A stretch of 57,684 nt of DNA from Luteolibacter sp. (GTDB lineage: Bacteria > Verrucomicrobiota > Verrucomicrobiia > Verrucomicrobiales > Akkermansiaceae): positions 1 to 57,684 of the forward strand of contig JAJTHK010000055.1 in assembly GCA_021298895.1 (NCBI GenBank), in the 5' to 3' direction. Below the pieces are notes generated by a model. It did not search any database and was not told the origin of the DNA. It was given only the letters and a program-made list of their open reading frames with translations. Below, piece after piece: positions 37,572-49,500 of the stretch. Numbering within the stretch: position 1 is the first letter of the stretch; the number at the start of each line of letters is the position of its first letter. Both the position numbers and the translations under genes were made by a program.

Positions 37572-37596
37572 GTAGGGCGGTTTTGACAAAACCGCC
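37572..37596 (+). repeat. GTAG-headed REP-like palindrome or terminator
   Basis: GTAG-GGCGGTTTTG-a-CAAAACCGCC. Confidence 0.55.
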
Positions 37597-37632
37597 GCCG
37601 CGCAGCCAAGCGCCACAGGCTCTGGAATCACG

Positions 37633-37673
37633 TGCTTTTGCTATAGATAAAACCACTAGGCTCCGTATGCTGC
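37633..37673 (+). promoter_or_regulatory. shared promoter/operator motif, copy 1
   Basis: TGCTTTTG-NN-ATAGATAAAAC-N9-CCGTAT-NN-TGC; TAGATA-N16-TATGCT. Confidence 0.6.
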
Positions 37674-37700
37674 GAACGGCCCACTTCGGTTTCTCTTACC

Positions 37701-39245
37701 ATGAAAATCCATTTCTCCATCATTCTCTTTTTATCCATCCAACTGGGATTTGCCGCCGAGAAAAAACCCAACATCCTCGTCATCATGACGGATGATCTCG
37801 GTTACTCGGATCTCGGTTGCTATGGCTCGGAAATCGACACCCCCAACCTCGATCGCCTCGCCGCAAACGGCGTGCGTTTCTCCCAGTTCTACAATACCGC
37901 CAAGTGCCACTCTTCACGCGTCAGTCTTCTCACTGGCCGTTGGTGCATCCAAGCGGGCGAGAAGTCGATGAAAAAGGCGGTCACCATCCCGGAAGTCCTC
38001 GCACCCGCCGGTTACTCCACGATGATGACAGGCAAGTGGCACCTCGACAAACAACCCACCGACTTCGGTTTCCAAAAATTCTTCGGCCACCTCTCCGGCT
38101 ACTGCAACTATTTCAGAGGCGACGACACCTTCCGCCTGAACGGAGAAAAATGGGAAGTCCCAAAAGAAGATTTCTACACCACCACCGCCAATGTGGATTA
38201 CGGACTCAAATTCATCTCGCAGGCCCGCGAAGAGAAAAAACCATGGTTCCTCTACATCGCCTTCAACGCTCCTCACGAACCACTCCAACCCTTAAAACAA
38301 GATTACGAAAAATACCGCCATCGCTACACCGGCGGTTGGGATGAAATGAATCACTGTCGCTTCGAAAAACAAAAAAAAGTTGGAGTGATGCCCAATGAAA
38401 CCCAACCCTCACCCCGCCCCGCCCACATTCCCGCATGGAAGACTCTCTCCGCTGAAATCCGCGATTGGGAATCCCGCCGCATGGCGGCTTATGCCGCGCT
38501 CATCGATCGGGTCGATCAAGAACTCGGCCGCATCATCACCGATCTCGAAGCCAATGGCGAACTCGACAACACCCTCATCGTTTTCCTCTCCGACAACGGA
38601 GCCTGCCCCTTCGACCGTCAAAACATCGGAAAAGATCTGGAACCTCACGATCCGGAAAGCAAATGGACCGACAGCACCGGCTGGGCTTGGGCGCGCAACA
38701 CTCCGTTCCGCTTCTACAAACAAAACCAGTTCGAGGGCGGCATCGCCACCCCCGCCATCTTCCACTGGCCCGCAGGCATCAAAGCCACTAAAGGCTCTGT
38801 GACCACCAGCCCCGCACACCTCGTCGACCTCCTCCCCACCCTTGCGGAAATTGCAGGCGCGAAAATTCCCACCACCTTTCCCGACCGCCTACCTACTCCT
38901 CTTGCCGGCGTTTCACTTTTCCCCATTCTCGCCGGAGAAAAACGAGAATCCCGCCCGCCCATCCACCTACTTTACGAAAAAGACCGAGCCCTGCGCGATG
39001 GCGATTGGAAACTTGTTTCCTTCCGCAGCGGCCCATGGGAACTCTACAACATCGCCAAAGACCGCACCGAGCTGAACAATCTCGCCGCCACCGAACCCGA
39101 CCGCGTCGCCGCGATGTCGAAAGCTTGGCACGAAATCGCTCAATCAACCATGGACAAGCCCTTCGAACCTGTTTCCGAAACAATCCTCCATCAAATTCAC
39201 CGCGAATGGTCGGACTATTTTGGAAAAAGAGAAAAAAAGAAGTGA
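37701..39245 (+). CDS. arylsulfatase (formylglycine-dependent, family S1)
   Basis: Signal peptide; DDLG, CHSSR (CxxxR variant of CxPxR), GKWHL and SDNG motifs. Confidence 0.93.
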   Translation: MKIHFSIILFLSIQLGFAAEKKPNILVIMTDDLGYSDLGCYGSEIDTPNLDRLAANGVRFSQFYNTAKCHSSRVSLLTGRWCIQAGEKSMKKAVTIPEVLAPAGYSTMMTGKWHLDKQPTDFGFQKFFGHLSGYCNYFRGDDTFRLNGEKWEVPKEDFYTTTANVDYGLKFISQAREEKKPWFLYIAFNAPHEPLQPLKQDYEKYRHRYTGGWDEMNHCRFEKQKKVGVMPNETQPSPRPAHIPAWKTLSAEIRDWESRRMAAYAALIDRVDQELGRIITDLEANGELDNTLIVFLSDNGACPFDRQNIGKDLEPHDPESKWTDSTGWAWARNTPFRFYKQNQFEGGIATPAIFHWPAGIKATKGSVTTSPAHLVDLLPTLAEIAGAKIPTTFPDRLPTPLAGVSLFPILAGEKRESRPPIHLLYEKDRALRDGDWKLVSFRSGPWELYNIAKDRTELNNLAATEPDRVAAMSKAWHEIAQSTMDKPFEPVSETILHQIHREWSDYFGKREKKK

Positions 39246-39260
39246 GCCGATTCTTATTTC

Positions 39261-39301
39261 TGCTTTTGAGATAGATAAAACGGTTTCGCCCCGTATAATG
39301 C
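39261..39301 (+). promoter_or_regulatory. shared promoter/operator motif, copy 2
   Basis: Same motif and spacing as copy 1; TAGATA-N16-TATAAT. Confidence 0.65.
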
Positions 39302-39332
39302 TAGCGATCTCTCCCCCGAATTTTTTATATCC

Positions 39333-42300
39333 ATGAAAGGTTATTGCTCCATTCTCTTTTTTCTAGCACTTCAGCCAAGCTTTGCGTCTGAAAGAATGAT
39401 CTCCTACTCGCGAGAGATCTTGCCGATACTCTCGGACAAATGCTTCTTCTGCCACGGCCCCGATAAGGAAAAACAAGAAGCCGACCTCCGCCTCGACATC
39501 CGCGAGGATGCGATCGAAGCCTTCGCCTGGGACCCCGAAAACCCTCCCGAATCGGAAGCCCTGATCCGCATTTTTTCCAAAGACCCCAAGGAGGTCATGC
39601 CTCCACCGAAGTCCCACCTCACCCTCACGGAAAAGGAAAAAAACCTGCTCAAAACCTGGGTCGAGCAAGGAGCCGAGTATGAGGCTCACTGGGCTTTTGT
39701 CGCGCCGCCAACAGAAGTTCCCATTCCAGAAACAGAGAATCCAACCTGCGGGACACATCCCATCGATTCATTCATCCTCGCCCGTCTCGAAAAAGAAAAG
39801 CTCCAACCCAGCCCACCAGCCTCTCACGAGCGTTGGCTACGCCGCGTGACGTTTGATCTAACAGGCCTTCCACCCACCCAAGCCGAGATCGATGCTTTTC
39901 TGGCAGACAAATCCCGCGGCGCAAAAGAAACCGTGGTCAATCGCCTGCTCGCCTCACCCCGTTTCGGCGAACGCATGGCGACCCCTTGGCTTGATGTCGC
40001 GCGCTACGCGGATTCCTTCGGCTACCAGGCCGATATCAACACCAATGCCTGGCCCTACCGCGATTGGGTGATCAAGGCTTTCAATGAAAATTTACCGCTC
40101 GATCAATTCATTATCCAACAACTCGCCGGAGATCTTTTACCCAACGCCACCCGCGATCAAAAACTCGCCACCGCGTTCAACCGCATCCACCGCAAAACCA
40201 ACGAGGGAGGCTCAGTGCCTGAGGAATTCCGCCAAGAGGGTATTTCAGACCGCATCCACACGATCAGCACCGCGTTCATGGCGCTCACCATGGAATGCGC
40301 CCGCTGCCACGATCACAAATACGATCCCATCTCCGCCAAAGACTACTATTCGATGGGAGCGTTTTTCAACAGCATCGATGAGTTCGGCCTCATCCAGGGT
40401 GACTCCACTCGCGGCGGGGTGCTGCCGCAACCCGCCTTGTTGCTTCCCACCCCGGAACAGGAAGCGCAACTCGCGAGTCTGGAAAAAAACATCCAATCCG
40501 CCGCCAACGAACTGACCACCTACACCCAATCCGCAGAAGCCGCTTTTCAAACATGGCAATCGTCTAACAAAAAATTTCCTTCCCCCGAACTCGTCGGAAA
40601 ATTTTCCTTCGAAACCGAGGACAAGGATACTCTCGTCAACGAAGTTGATCCGAAAAAGCCAGCCAAAACCGGCGGCAACAAACTCGCTCCCGGAAAGCAT
40701 GGCAATGGCGTCCTTGCTGATGGCGACAGCCGCACCAATTTTCCTGATATCGGCATCCGGCACGCCGACCAAGCCCTCTCCATCTCTCTCTGGCTAAAGC
40801 CCGGCGAGAATTACAAACGCGCCGTTGTATTCTCTAACACCTCATCCTTCGATATCCCGTTTTCCGGATACGAGCTCCTGATGGAAGAAGGTCGTCTCAC
40901 ATGGAATTTGGCGCGCGAGCTCCCGGGTTGCGCGGCTTCCATCACCACCACCCAAACCATCCCCACCGGAGAATGGACCCACGTCACCGTCACTCATGAT
41001 GGCTCACGCAAAGCGGCTGGATCGAAAATTTTCATCAACGGAAAACCTGCCGAAACAACCATCGTCCGTGATAACCTCACTCGCGATTACAACATCGGCG
41101 GCGGCTTGGGTTTCACCGCACGCGGGCGCGACATCGGATTACGCGGCGGAATGATCGATGAAGTCCACATTCACACCCGCGCGATCTCGGCACTCGAAGC
41201 CGCCGCGCTTCACGCCGGCAAACCCGCATCCGAAATTTCCGCCACTCCCCAAGAACTCCGCGAGTTTTATTTTTCCGCCATCGATCCAAAAGCCCGCGAA
41301 CTTTCCAATAAATTATCCGCCGCGCGCGCGGCTTATCGCGACGCGGAAAAGCCCGTGCGTGAAATCGTCACGATGCGCGAATCCGAAAAACCCGTCCCCG
41401 CCTACATTCTCGCCCGCGGCGACTACACCTCGCCCACCAAACAAGTCGAGCGCGAGACTCCGGATTGGCTTCCTCCATTCCCCAAAGACCAACCCCGCAA
41501 CCGCCTAGGCTTCGCGAAATGGCTGACCTCTCCCGATCATCCGCTCACTGCACGCGTCATGATCAATCGCATCTGGCAGGAAATGTTCGGAACCGGCCTC
41601 GTCGAAACTTCCGATAACTTCGGACTGCAAGGCTCTCAACCCAGTCATCCGGATTTGTTAGATTGGCTGGCTCGGGATCTGATGAATCACGGTTGGGATC
41701 AGAAACGTGCGATCAAACAAATCGTGCTCTCCGCGACGTATGGTCAAGATTCCAGAGCTTCCGCCCAGCTCCGCGAGCGCGATCCCGCCAACACGCTCCT
41801 CGCCCGCGGCCCCGCGCGCCGGCTCACCGGAGAAATGCTTCGTGACTCGGCCCTCTCTCACTCCGGCCTGCTTGCCCCAACCATCGGCGGCCCACCTGCC
41901 CATCCTTACCAAGCCCCGGGCTCGATGTGGAAGGACATCAACAATTTCCTCCCGGAATACAAGCCCGACAAAGGCGAAGGCCTCTACCGCCGCTCCCTCT
42001 ACACATTCTGGCGCCGCACCACCACTCCTCCGAACATGACTTTATTCGACACCTCCACCCGTGAAGTCTGCTCCACCCGCCGCATGCCCACGAACACGCC
42101 TCTCCAAGCCCTCGTCATGCTCAACGATCCGCAATTCATCGAAGCTGCCCGCAAGCTCTCTGAACGCATGATCCGGGATGGCGGCACCACCGACGTAGCC
42201 CGCGCAACATGGGCCTACCGCGAGGTCATCGGCAGCGCACCCACCCAAGAACAAGTCAAACTTCTCACCGAACTCATCACCGAGCAACGCGGCTTCTTCA

Positions 42301-42443
42301 CCTCGAAATCCTCCGACGCCGAGGCGCTACTGAAAATTGGCGACTCACCCGCTGATCCCAAGTTGGAAAAAACCGAAATCGCCACCTTCACCACCCTCGC
42401 CCAAGCCCTCCTCAACCTAGACGCCAACATCACGCTGCGCTGA
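39333..42443 (+). CDS. planctomycete cytochrome c / DUF1549 / LamG-like / DUF1553 protein
   Basis: CFFCHG and CARCHDH heme-binding motifs; [17 protein letters not shown] (LamG-like), [11 protein letters not shown] and TNTPLQAL. Confidence 0.92.
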   Translation: MKGYCSILFFLALQPSFASERMISYSREILPILSDKCFFCHGPDKEKQEADLRLDIREDAIEAFAWDPENPPESEALIRIFSKDPKEVMPPPKSHLTLTEKEKNLLKTWVEQGAEYEAHWAFVAPPTEVPIPETENPTCGTHPIDSFILARLEKEKLQPSPPASHERWLRRVTFDLTGLPPTQAEIDAFLADKSRGAKETVVNRLLASPRFGERMATPWLDVARYADSFGYQADINTNAWPYRDWVIKAFNENLPLDQFIIQQLAGDLLPNATRDQKLATAFNRIHRKTNEGGSVPEEFRQEGISDRIHTISTAFMALTMECARCHDHKYDPISAKDYYSMGAFFNSIDEFGLIQGDSTRGGVLPQPALLLPTPEQEAQLASLEKNIQSAANELTTYTQSAEAAFQTWQSSNKKFPSPELVGKFSFETEDKDTLVNEVDPKKPAKTGGNKLAPGKHGNGVLADGDSRTNFPDIGIRHADQALSISLWLKPGENYKRAVVFSNTSSFDIPFSGYELLMEEGRLTWNLARELPGCAASITTTQTIPTGEWTHVTVTHDGSRKAAGSKIFINGKPAETTIVRDNLTRDYNIGGGLGFTARGRDIGLRGGMIDEVHIHTRAISALEAAALHAGKPASEISATPQELREFYFSAIDPKARELSNKLSAARAAYRDAEKPVREIVTMRESEKPVPAYILARGDYTSPTKQVERETPDWLPPFPKDQPRNRLGFAKWLTSPDHPLTARVMINRIWQEMFGTGLVETSDNFGLQGSQPSHPDLLDWLARDLMNHGWDQKRAIKQIVLSATYGQDSRASAQLRERDPANTLLARGPARRLTGEMLRDSALSHSGLLAPTIGGPPAHPYQAPGSMWKDINNFLPEYKPDKGEGLYRRSLYTFWRRTTTPPNMTLFDTSTREVCSTRRMPTNTPLQALVMLNDPQFIEAARKLSERMIRDGGTTDVARATWAYREVIGSAPTQEQVKLLTELITEQRGFFTSKSSDAEALLKIGDSPADPKLEKTEIATFTTLAQALLNLDANITLR

Positions 42444-42502
42444 ATGGCTAACTTGCTTATTTATCCTTTACAAAAGTATAAATAATACTTAATTTCTCCT
42501 CT

Positions 42503-43822
42503 ATGAAAGGAGAAATTAAAGAGACCTTGCAACAAAAACTCAACGACGCTCTCGTTGCAGAAATACCTCACCTGACGCGCCGCGAGATACGCCTTCCGGC
42601 GGTCCAGGACAAAGCCCATGCCGTGATCGGTATGCGCCGCAGCGGCAAAACTTGCTTTTTGTCCCAATGCATGGCGGATCTGCTCGCATCTGGAGCACCG
42701 CGAGAATCCCTGATTCTCATCAATTTCGAAGATGAGCGCCTGAGCGGAATCGATGCCACTGATCTTTCCTCTCTTCTGGAAATGTATTACCAACGCCACC
42801 CAGAATTCAGGGATCATACCAAGATCACTTTGCTGCTCGATGAAATCCAACTCGTCCCCGGTTGGGAAACTTTTGCTCGTCGCGTGCTCGATACCGAAAA
42901 ATTATGCCTGTTTTTATCCGGCTCCTCGGCCTCCATGCTCAGCCGCGAAGTCCATACCAGCATGCGCGGACGGGCGATGGAAACTTGCGTCTATCCGTTC
43001 AGTTTTCGAGAGGCTTTAAGCCATCGGAATCTGCTTCCTAACCAAGAGTGGAAAACTCTGCCAAAGTCACAGCGTTCAGTGATTCAAAAAGCATTCCTCA
43101 CTTATCTTGCCGAGGGAGGTTTCCCAGAAGCGCAGGGCATCGATCCGCGCGATCGCCGCCCACTGCTTCAGAGCTATGTGGATGTGGCTGTCTTGCGGGA
43201 TATCATCGAGCGTCATGGCGTTTCCAATCCAATGGCGCTCCGTTGGCTTCAGCGACATCTGTTAGGAAACCCCTGCGCCCCCTTCAGCATTCAGAAATTT
43301 TATGACGTGTTAAAATCTCAAGGACTTCCTGTATCCAAGGACAGCCTTCACGCGTTTCTCGGTCATTTTGAAGACGCCTTCCTGATCCATACCGTTTCCC
43401 TGTTCAGCGCATCCGAACGCCAGCGCATGGTCAACCCACGGAAAGCCTACCCCATCGATCACGGACTCATTTCAATCTATGAACGAGCTGGCCGCGACAA
43501 CCTTGGGCACACTCTGGAATCCGCTGTCTATATCGAGCTCCGTCGGCGGAGTTGCGAGGTTCACTACTTCCGCACCAAAGAAGGCAGTGAAGTGGATTTC
43601 CATGCGATGGATCTATTGGGCAAGGTTTCTCTCATCCAAGTCTGTGCCAATGCTGACGATCCCACCACACTTCATCGCGAACTGCGCTCCTTGATCCAAG
43701 CTAAAGCCCAAATCCCCCAAGCCAAAGCCCAATGCATTCTTCTCGAACCGCTTCACCCGAATACGGAAATTCCAGCCGGAGTTGAAATCATTTCGGCCAT
43801 CGAATGGTTTCTTCAAGAATAA
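42503..43822 (+). CDS. AAA_14 / DUF4143 ATP-binding protein
   Basis: GMRRSGKT, INFED, LDEIQ, GSS, GGFP, KAYPIDHG and C-terminal EVDF...IQV. Confidence 0.9.
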   Translation: MKGEIKETLQQKLNDALVAEIPHLTRREIRLPAVQDKAHAVIGMRRSGKTCFLSQCMADLLASGAPRESLILINFEDERLSGIDATDLSSLLEMYYQRHPEFRDHTKITLLLDEIQLVPGWETFARRVLDTEKLCLFLSGSSASMLSREVHTSMRGRAMETCVYPFSFREALSHRNLLPNQEWKTLPKSQRSVIQKAFLTYLAEGGFPEAQGIDPRDRRPLLQSYVDVAVLRDIIERHGVSNPMALRWLQRHLLGNPCAPFSIQKFYDVLKSQGLPVSKDSLHAFLGHFEDAFLIHTVSLFSASERQRMVNPRKAYPIDHGLISIYERAGRDNLGHTLESAVYIELRRRSCEVHYFRTKEGSEVDFHAMDLLGKVSLIQVCANADDPTTLHRELRSLIQAKAQIPQAKAQCILLEPLHPNTEIPAGVEIISAIEWFLQE

Positions 43823-43831
43823 GAAAATTTT

Positions 43832-44172
43832 CTAAAATCGCGGCACCGGCCCAATCGTTCCACCCTCGATGAATTTTGACTCGGTGCCGATTTGTTCGCG
43901 GTCTTCCTTGCCCCGCGCCACGTGATTTGCCCAGCGCACCACTCGACGCACCACCGGTCGATAATCCAAATGGATTTCGGAAACCTCGGGAAAGCACCAC
44001 TCGAAACTTCTATCACTTTCCGCCACAACGAGTGATACATCCCGACGTGCGACTATCCCCCGATCCGCAAGATGCAAACGGGCAGCGATAAATAGCGATG
44101 TTTCCTGAAAAAGGATCGCTGCCGGAGGACTGAAACGAAAGTGCTCGTCGGTTTCCCCATGGAGGCGGATTC
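43832..44172 (-). pseudogene. C-terminal remnant of a GntR/LacI-type regulator paralogous to 26249..27313
   Basis: PPAAIL..RDVSLV..RRVVRWANHVARG..EGGTIGPVPR aligns with the paralog; no HTH, and similarity appears to change frame near 44140. Confidence 0.8.
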
Positions 44173-44449
44173 TACACACACCACCATTCGCATAGGGTAT
44201 CGCTGCGACGTTAGCGATACTCCTCGTCGCCAAAAAAAATTTGCAAGAGCCTCAATCCTTGCAGCCACATCTGTTGGCTGGTGTTACTATCGCAAAGGCT
44301 TCTTGAGTTGCAGAAATAAATTCACCTTTGTTCATCATCCCACACATTTTCACACTGGCGCAAAGACACCGCCAACTCCACATTGACAAGCCGCTGCTAT
44401 GGTGCGCAAATGAATATTCCTGATTTATAATTGTGATTTCAAAACAACT

Positions 44450-46234
44450 ATGAAAATAAAAATCATCCTGACCGCAGCGCTGCTGTGCATTCTCTCGCCG
44501 CCCTCCTCCGCCAAACCCCTCAAGGTGTTCATCCTCGCGGGTCAATCTAACATGGAAGGTCATGCGCAGATCAGCACTTTCGACTACATCGGCAAAGATC
44601 CGAAAACCGCGCCCTTGCTCAAAGAGATGCGCAATCCCGATGGAACTCCACGCGTATGCGACAAGGTCTGGATGTCCTATCTAACAGGTCCTTATGACGG
44701 CAGCGCCAATGGCGAGGGACTGGGCAAGTTAACCGCGGGTTTTGGTGAACGAGGAGGCAACCCGACTCAACTCAGCAGCAAGATCGGCCCAGAATTCACC
44801 TTTGGCATCTTCATGGAAAAAGAACTGAAAGAACCTATTCTCATCATCAAGACCGCTTGGGGCGGCCGATCGCTCAACACGGAATTCCGTCCACCGAGTG
44901 CCGGACCATATAAACTACCTAAGGCGATTCAGGATGTGTGGGATCAGCATCCCCAAGGAGCCCACGGAGTTCCTAAACTTGAGGAGCGGAAAAAATGGCA
45001 GGATGATAAGGATGCCGCCTCAGGAGTATTTTACCGCATGATGATCGACCATGTGAAAAAAGTTCTAACAGATCCGAAACGGGTATGTCCGGAATATAAT
45101 GAGAAAGATGGTTATGAAATAGCGGGTTTTGTCTGGCTTCAGGGTTTTAACGACTTGGTCGATGGAACGACCTATCCCAATGAAAACTATGATGAATACT
45201 CACGCCTGTTGTCACACTTCATTCGCGATGTTCGCAAAGACTTGTCGGCCCCGAAGATGCCCTTCGTGATCGGTGTGTTGGGAGTTGACGGTGATAAGAA
45301 TGTCAATTTCCGCAAGGCCATGGCCGCGCCCGCCGCCATGCCCGAGTTCAAGGGCAATGTGGTTGCCGTTGATACCGCGCCTTTCTGGGATCATGACATT
45401 GCCGCAGCAGAACCTAAACAGGGTCAATACAATGAGATCATCGGTATCTCTCAAACACTCAAAGAAGATGGCTCGATCAACAAAGATTGGAAATGGGGGA
45501 ATTTCTGGAAACCCATTGGCAAGCCTCTCCCCGAGGAGAGAACTTGGCGCTACGCAACGGTGGATGCCACCGAAAAGAAGGACATATTGGAAAAATATGA
45601 CGGCAGACGTTTCCGCGAAATCACTCTTCCAGCCGGGATGGAGAATTGGCACAAGCCAGACTTCGATGACAGCAAATGGACAACCGGCAAAGCACCCATT
45701 GGCAAGGGCTCATGGAAACATAACGGAATCACCTTGGACAAATTTCCCTCGCCATGGGGCAAGGGCGAATTCTTGATCATGCGAAACACCTTTGAAGTCG
45801 AAGATCTGAACTGCGAGTCGTATCGCATTGCGATTCTAGCAAGACAAGGTTTCAAAGTTTATCTGAACGGCAATGAAATTTACACCTACATCTGGTGGCA
45901 GGATCATGCGCGTTACAGCACCATCGTCCTCAATGAAGATCAGGTCAAATATCTGAAAAAAGGTAAGAACGTTTTAGCGGTCTATGCCAATGACCAATAC
46001 GAAGAAAATTCTCCCGAACGCTATGCCGCATTGGACTTGTGGGTGGAAGGCATCACCAAAGCAGACAAGCAGAAGCTCGATCTCGCCTTAGAAGAAGTCC
46101 TTTCACAAAAAGACAGAGAAGCCCTCAAAGGCGCTTCCAATGGCGGTTACCACTATTTCGGCAGCGCGAAGATCTTTGCACAAATGGGCAAAGCTTTCGC
46201 TGAGGCAAACCTCAAAATGATGAAGAAGCCCTGA
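44450..46234 (+). CDS. sialate O-acetylesterase-like SGNH hydrolase (SASA/DUF303) with an inserted domain
   Basis: Signal peptide; AGQSNM, IGPE, KTAWGG, WLQGFND and C-terminal GGYHY motifs. Confidence 0.85.
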   Translation: MKIKIILTAALLCILSPPSSAKPLKVFILAGQSNMEGHAQISTFDYIGKDPKTAPLLKEMRNPDGTPRVCDKVWMSYLTGPYDGSANGEGLGKLTAGFGERGGNPTQLSSKIGPEFTFGIFMEKELKEPILIIKTAWGGRSLNTEFRPPSAGPYKLPKAIQDVWDQHPQGAHGVPKLEERKKWQDDKDAASGVFYRMMIDHVKKVLTDPKRVCPEYNEKDGYEIAGFVWLQGFNDLVDGTTYPNENYDEYSRLLSHFIRDVRKDLSAPKMPFVIGVLGVDGDKNVNFRKAMAAPAAMPEFKGNVVAVDTAPFWDHDIAAAEPKQGQYNEIIGISQTLKEDGSINKDWKWGNFWKPIGKPLPEERTWRYATVDATEKKDILEKYDGRRFREITLPAGMENWHKPDFDDSKWTTGKAPIGKGSWKHNGITLDKFPSPWGKGEFLIMRNTFEVEDLNCESYRIAILARQGFKVYLNGNEIYTYIWWQDHARYSTIVLNEDQVKYLKKGKNVLAVYANDQYEENSPERYAALDLWVEGITKADKQKLDLALEEVLSQKDREALKGASNGGYHYFGSAKIFAQMGKAFAEANLKMMKKP

Positions 46235-46553
46235 GCGATAATCCAAAATACAATCAGCTCGTATGCATTGCATCCGCAGGTTGGTCCACTCACTCGTCCT
46301 TCGCCGGTCTGATCGCCCAGCCCACACATCCGCATCCACATCCACTATCTCCCCCGTAGTGTTTGCTGAAATAAATCAGCGTTTTGCTTGGACCTTCCTC
46401 AAATTAAACAGGTCCAAGCCATTACGATTATTGATAATAAATCAAAATCCTCCCTGTAGTAGTCTAGCTGACCCATACTAGGTCATTCAGAGCACGAAAT
46501 TTCGCTATTCGAGTAAGTCTTGATCTAGTAACAACCACTTTCAAACCTGCATC

Positions 46554-49500
46554 ATGACAATCCCTAACCTAGATCATCCGATCAGAGGCACCATAAAGCA
46601 CATCGCCATTATTAACCCGTCGGTGCGCGCCGTAAAGCGACTCGGCAGTTCCTTTCGCCTTCCCCAGATGTTCCTAGTGATACTCTCCTATTCAGCATTA
46701 ACCCCGTTGCTATTAGGACAGCAGCCGGAAATACGCTATGGTCGAGACATCCGTCCTATCCTTTCTGATAAGTGCTTTTTCTGTCATGGTCCGGATCCAA
46801 AAACCCGTGAGGAAGATCTGCGGCTCGATATCCGCGAGGACGCCATCGCCAGCAAAGCTTTCATTCCCGGAAATCCGGAAAAGAGTCGTTTGATCAAACT
46901 GATCAACGCGACCGATGAGGACGACATCATGCCTCCTCCAGCGAGCCACAAGGTGCTGACCAAGACAGAAAAACAACTGCTCCATGACTGGATTAAAGCA
47001 GGTGCTGAATACGAACCCCACTGGGCCTATACCCAACCTGTTCGCAAACCCGGGGAAACGATTGATTCGCTCGTCGCCAACGATTTGAAGCGACGCAATC
47101 TCGATTTTTCCCCGCCCGCCGATCCCTCCACCTTGTTGCGTCGCATGCACCTCGATGTCATCGGCCTGCCACCAAGTCCCGAGCAAGTCGCAAACTTCCA
47201 GAAGGCACACGCCGAAAACCCTGCTGCGGCCGTCCGCCAAATCGTCGAGGAACTACTCGCCTCACCCCATTTCGGCGAACGCATGGCCTTGTCTTGGCTT
47301 GATGTCGTACGTTATGCCGACTCCGTTGGTTACCACGGTGACAACGAACGATCAGCCTCGCCATTTCGTGATTACGTTATCGAATCATTCAACTCCGATA
47401 AACCCTTTGATCAATTCACCATCGAACAATTAGCTGGCGACTTACTTCCGAATGCCACGCTTCAACAGCAAATCGGATCTTCATACAACCGCCTTAACCA
47501 ACTCTCTGAAGAAGGCGGAATCCAAGATGCTGAGTATCTCGCAAAATACCAAGCTGAGCGCGTGCGCACAACCTCCGCTGCCTGGCTCGGATCCACCTTG
47601 GCCTGCGCCGAATGCCACGACCACAAGTTCGACCCTTTCAAAGCCAAAGACTTCTATTCGTTCGCAGCTTATTTCAGCGACATCCTCGAAAAGGGCGCCT
47701 GGAACGGCAATGGAAAATATCAGGAAGATATCGCAAAATGGACCACCCTTGGCATCCCCTTTAATAAATGGGGACCTGTGCTCAATGTCCCGACCCCAGA
47801 GCAGGAGTCTCGACTTCGAGAGATTGACCAAAAAATACTTCAGCTTCGAGCGCAACTCAACGCACCCGCCGAGACCGACCAGAAGGAGCTGGATACTTGG
47901 ATCACTGATCAGAGAGCCCTGCTTGACTCTAAGGAACCATACGATGCTCCGCTGTTAGATGAAACCTTGCCTGAACCGGCCTCGATCGACGACACCAAAC
48001 TGGTCGACCGCTCGGTTGCGCCCGTGCAATCCGGTAGCCATTCGCGCAAACAGGAAGCCGCCGGGCTGTATCAACACATCGCCAAACTTAAAAATCCGGC
48101 GGCCGTCCACGAAGGTGACCAATTATATCTCTGGGTCTATCTCGATCCCACGAAGCCACCACGCGCTTTGATGCTGCAAGTAAACGTAAATGGCAAATGG
48201 GAACACCGCGCCTACTGGGGCGAGGCTGTCATCGAATACGGTAAGTCCGCCGGCGGCCACGCCTATCACCACGCTGGCGCACTACCCAAAGCCGGCGAAT
48301 GGACCCGCCTCAGCGTTTCTGCCGCTTCGTTAGGTATAGCCCCAAAAGCATTGATCAGCCAACTCGCCTGCGCGCAGTTCGACGGCTTGGTCTACTGGGA
48401 TAATGTCGGAATCCACAGCACGAATCCGGCCCGCCGTCTCGCCCACTTACCGCCGGAGGCAATCACACAACTTAGCGCCGCAGTCACCGACAAGGCCAAG
48501 CTCGCGCAAATCTATCGCCGGACTACGCCCGCCTGGAAAAAACTCTCGGCGGAGATAACCTCTTTGGAAAATGAGCGCGCCGGTATCCTTAAGACGACGC
48601 CCTCCGTGCCCATGACCATTTCCGCTAAGCCGCGCGAAATCCGACTCCTCAACCGCGGCGACTGGCAAGACAAGTCCGGTCCTATCGTTTCTCCCGCCAC
48701 ACCTGGTTTTCTAACAACAGCGACCAGCACTAACGACCCTTCAACTCGGCCGACTCGCCTTGACCTCGCGAAATGGATAGTCTCCAAGGAGAATCCACTC
48801 ACCGCCCGCGTCTTCACTAACCGCATTTGGGCGCGGTTGTTAGGCACCGGACTCTCTAAGGACACTGGCGATCTCGGACTGCAAGGTGAATACCCTAGCC
48901 ACCCAGAGTTGTTAGATTGGTTAGCTCTCGAGTTCATGGAAAATAAATGGAGCTCGAAACACCTGTTGCGCTCCATCCTGCTTTCACGCACCTACCAGCA
49001 GTCCAGTACACCAAGTCCGGCCCTCGCCGAGTCTGATCCTAACAACCGCTTACTGGCGCGCCAAAGTCAGCTCCGACTTCCTGCGGAACTCATCCGCGAT
49101 AATGCTCTTGCCGTTTCCGGTCTACTGCATCCCGAGATCGGCGGACCCAGTGCAAAACCTTATCAACCTTCCGGATACTACCGCCACTTGAACTTCCCAG
49201 CGCGCGAATACAAAGCGGACACGGGATCACAACTTTACCGCCGTGGACTCTACACCCACTGGCAACGAACCTTCCTCCATCCGATGCTTAAAGCCTTCGA
49301 TGCGCCGTCCCGCGAGGAATGCACTCCCGACCGCTCCTCCTCGAATACCCCGCTGCAAGCACTCAACCAACTCAACGACCCAGCCTTCACCGAAGCCGCC
49401 CGTGCACTAGCTGCCAAACTGTTAGAAGAACCGGAAGGAGAAACCAACCTAGTCGCCCGCGCCTGGATCCGTTGCCTAGGCCGCACTGCGACCGCCGAAG

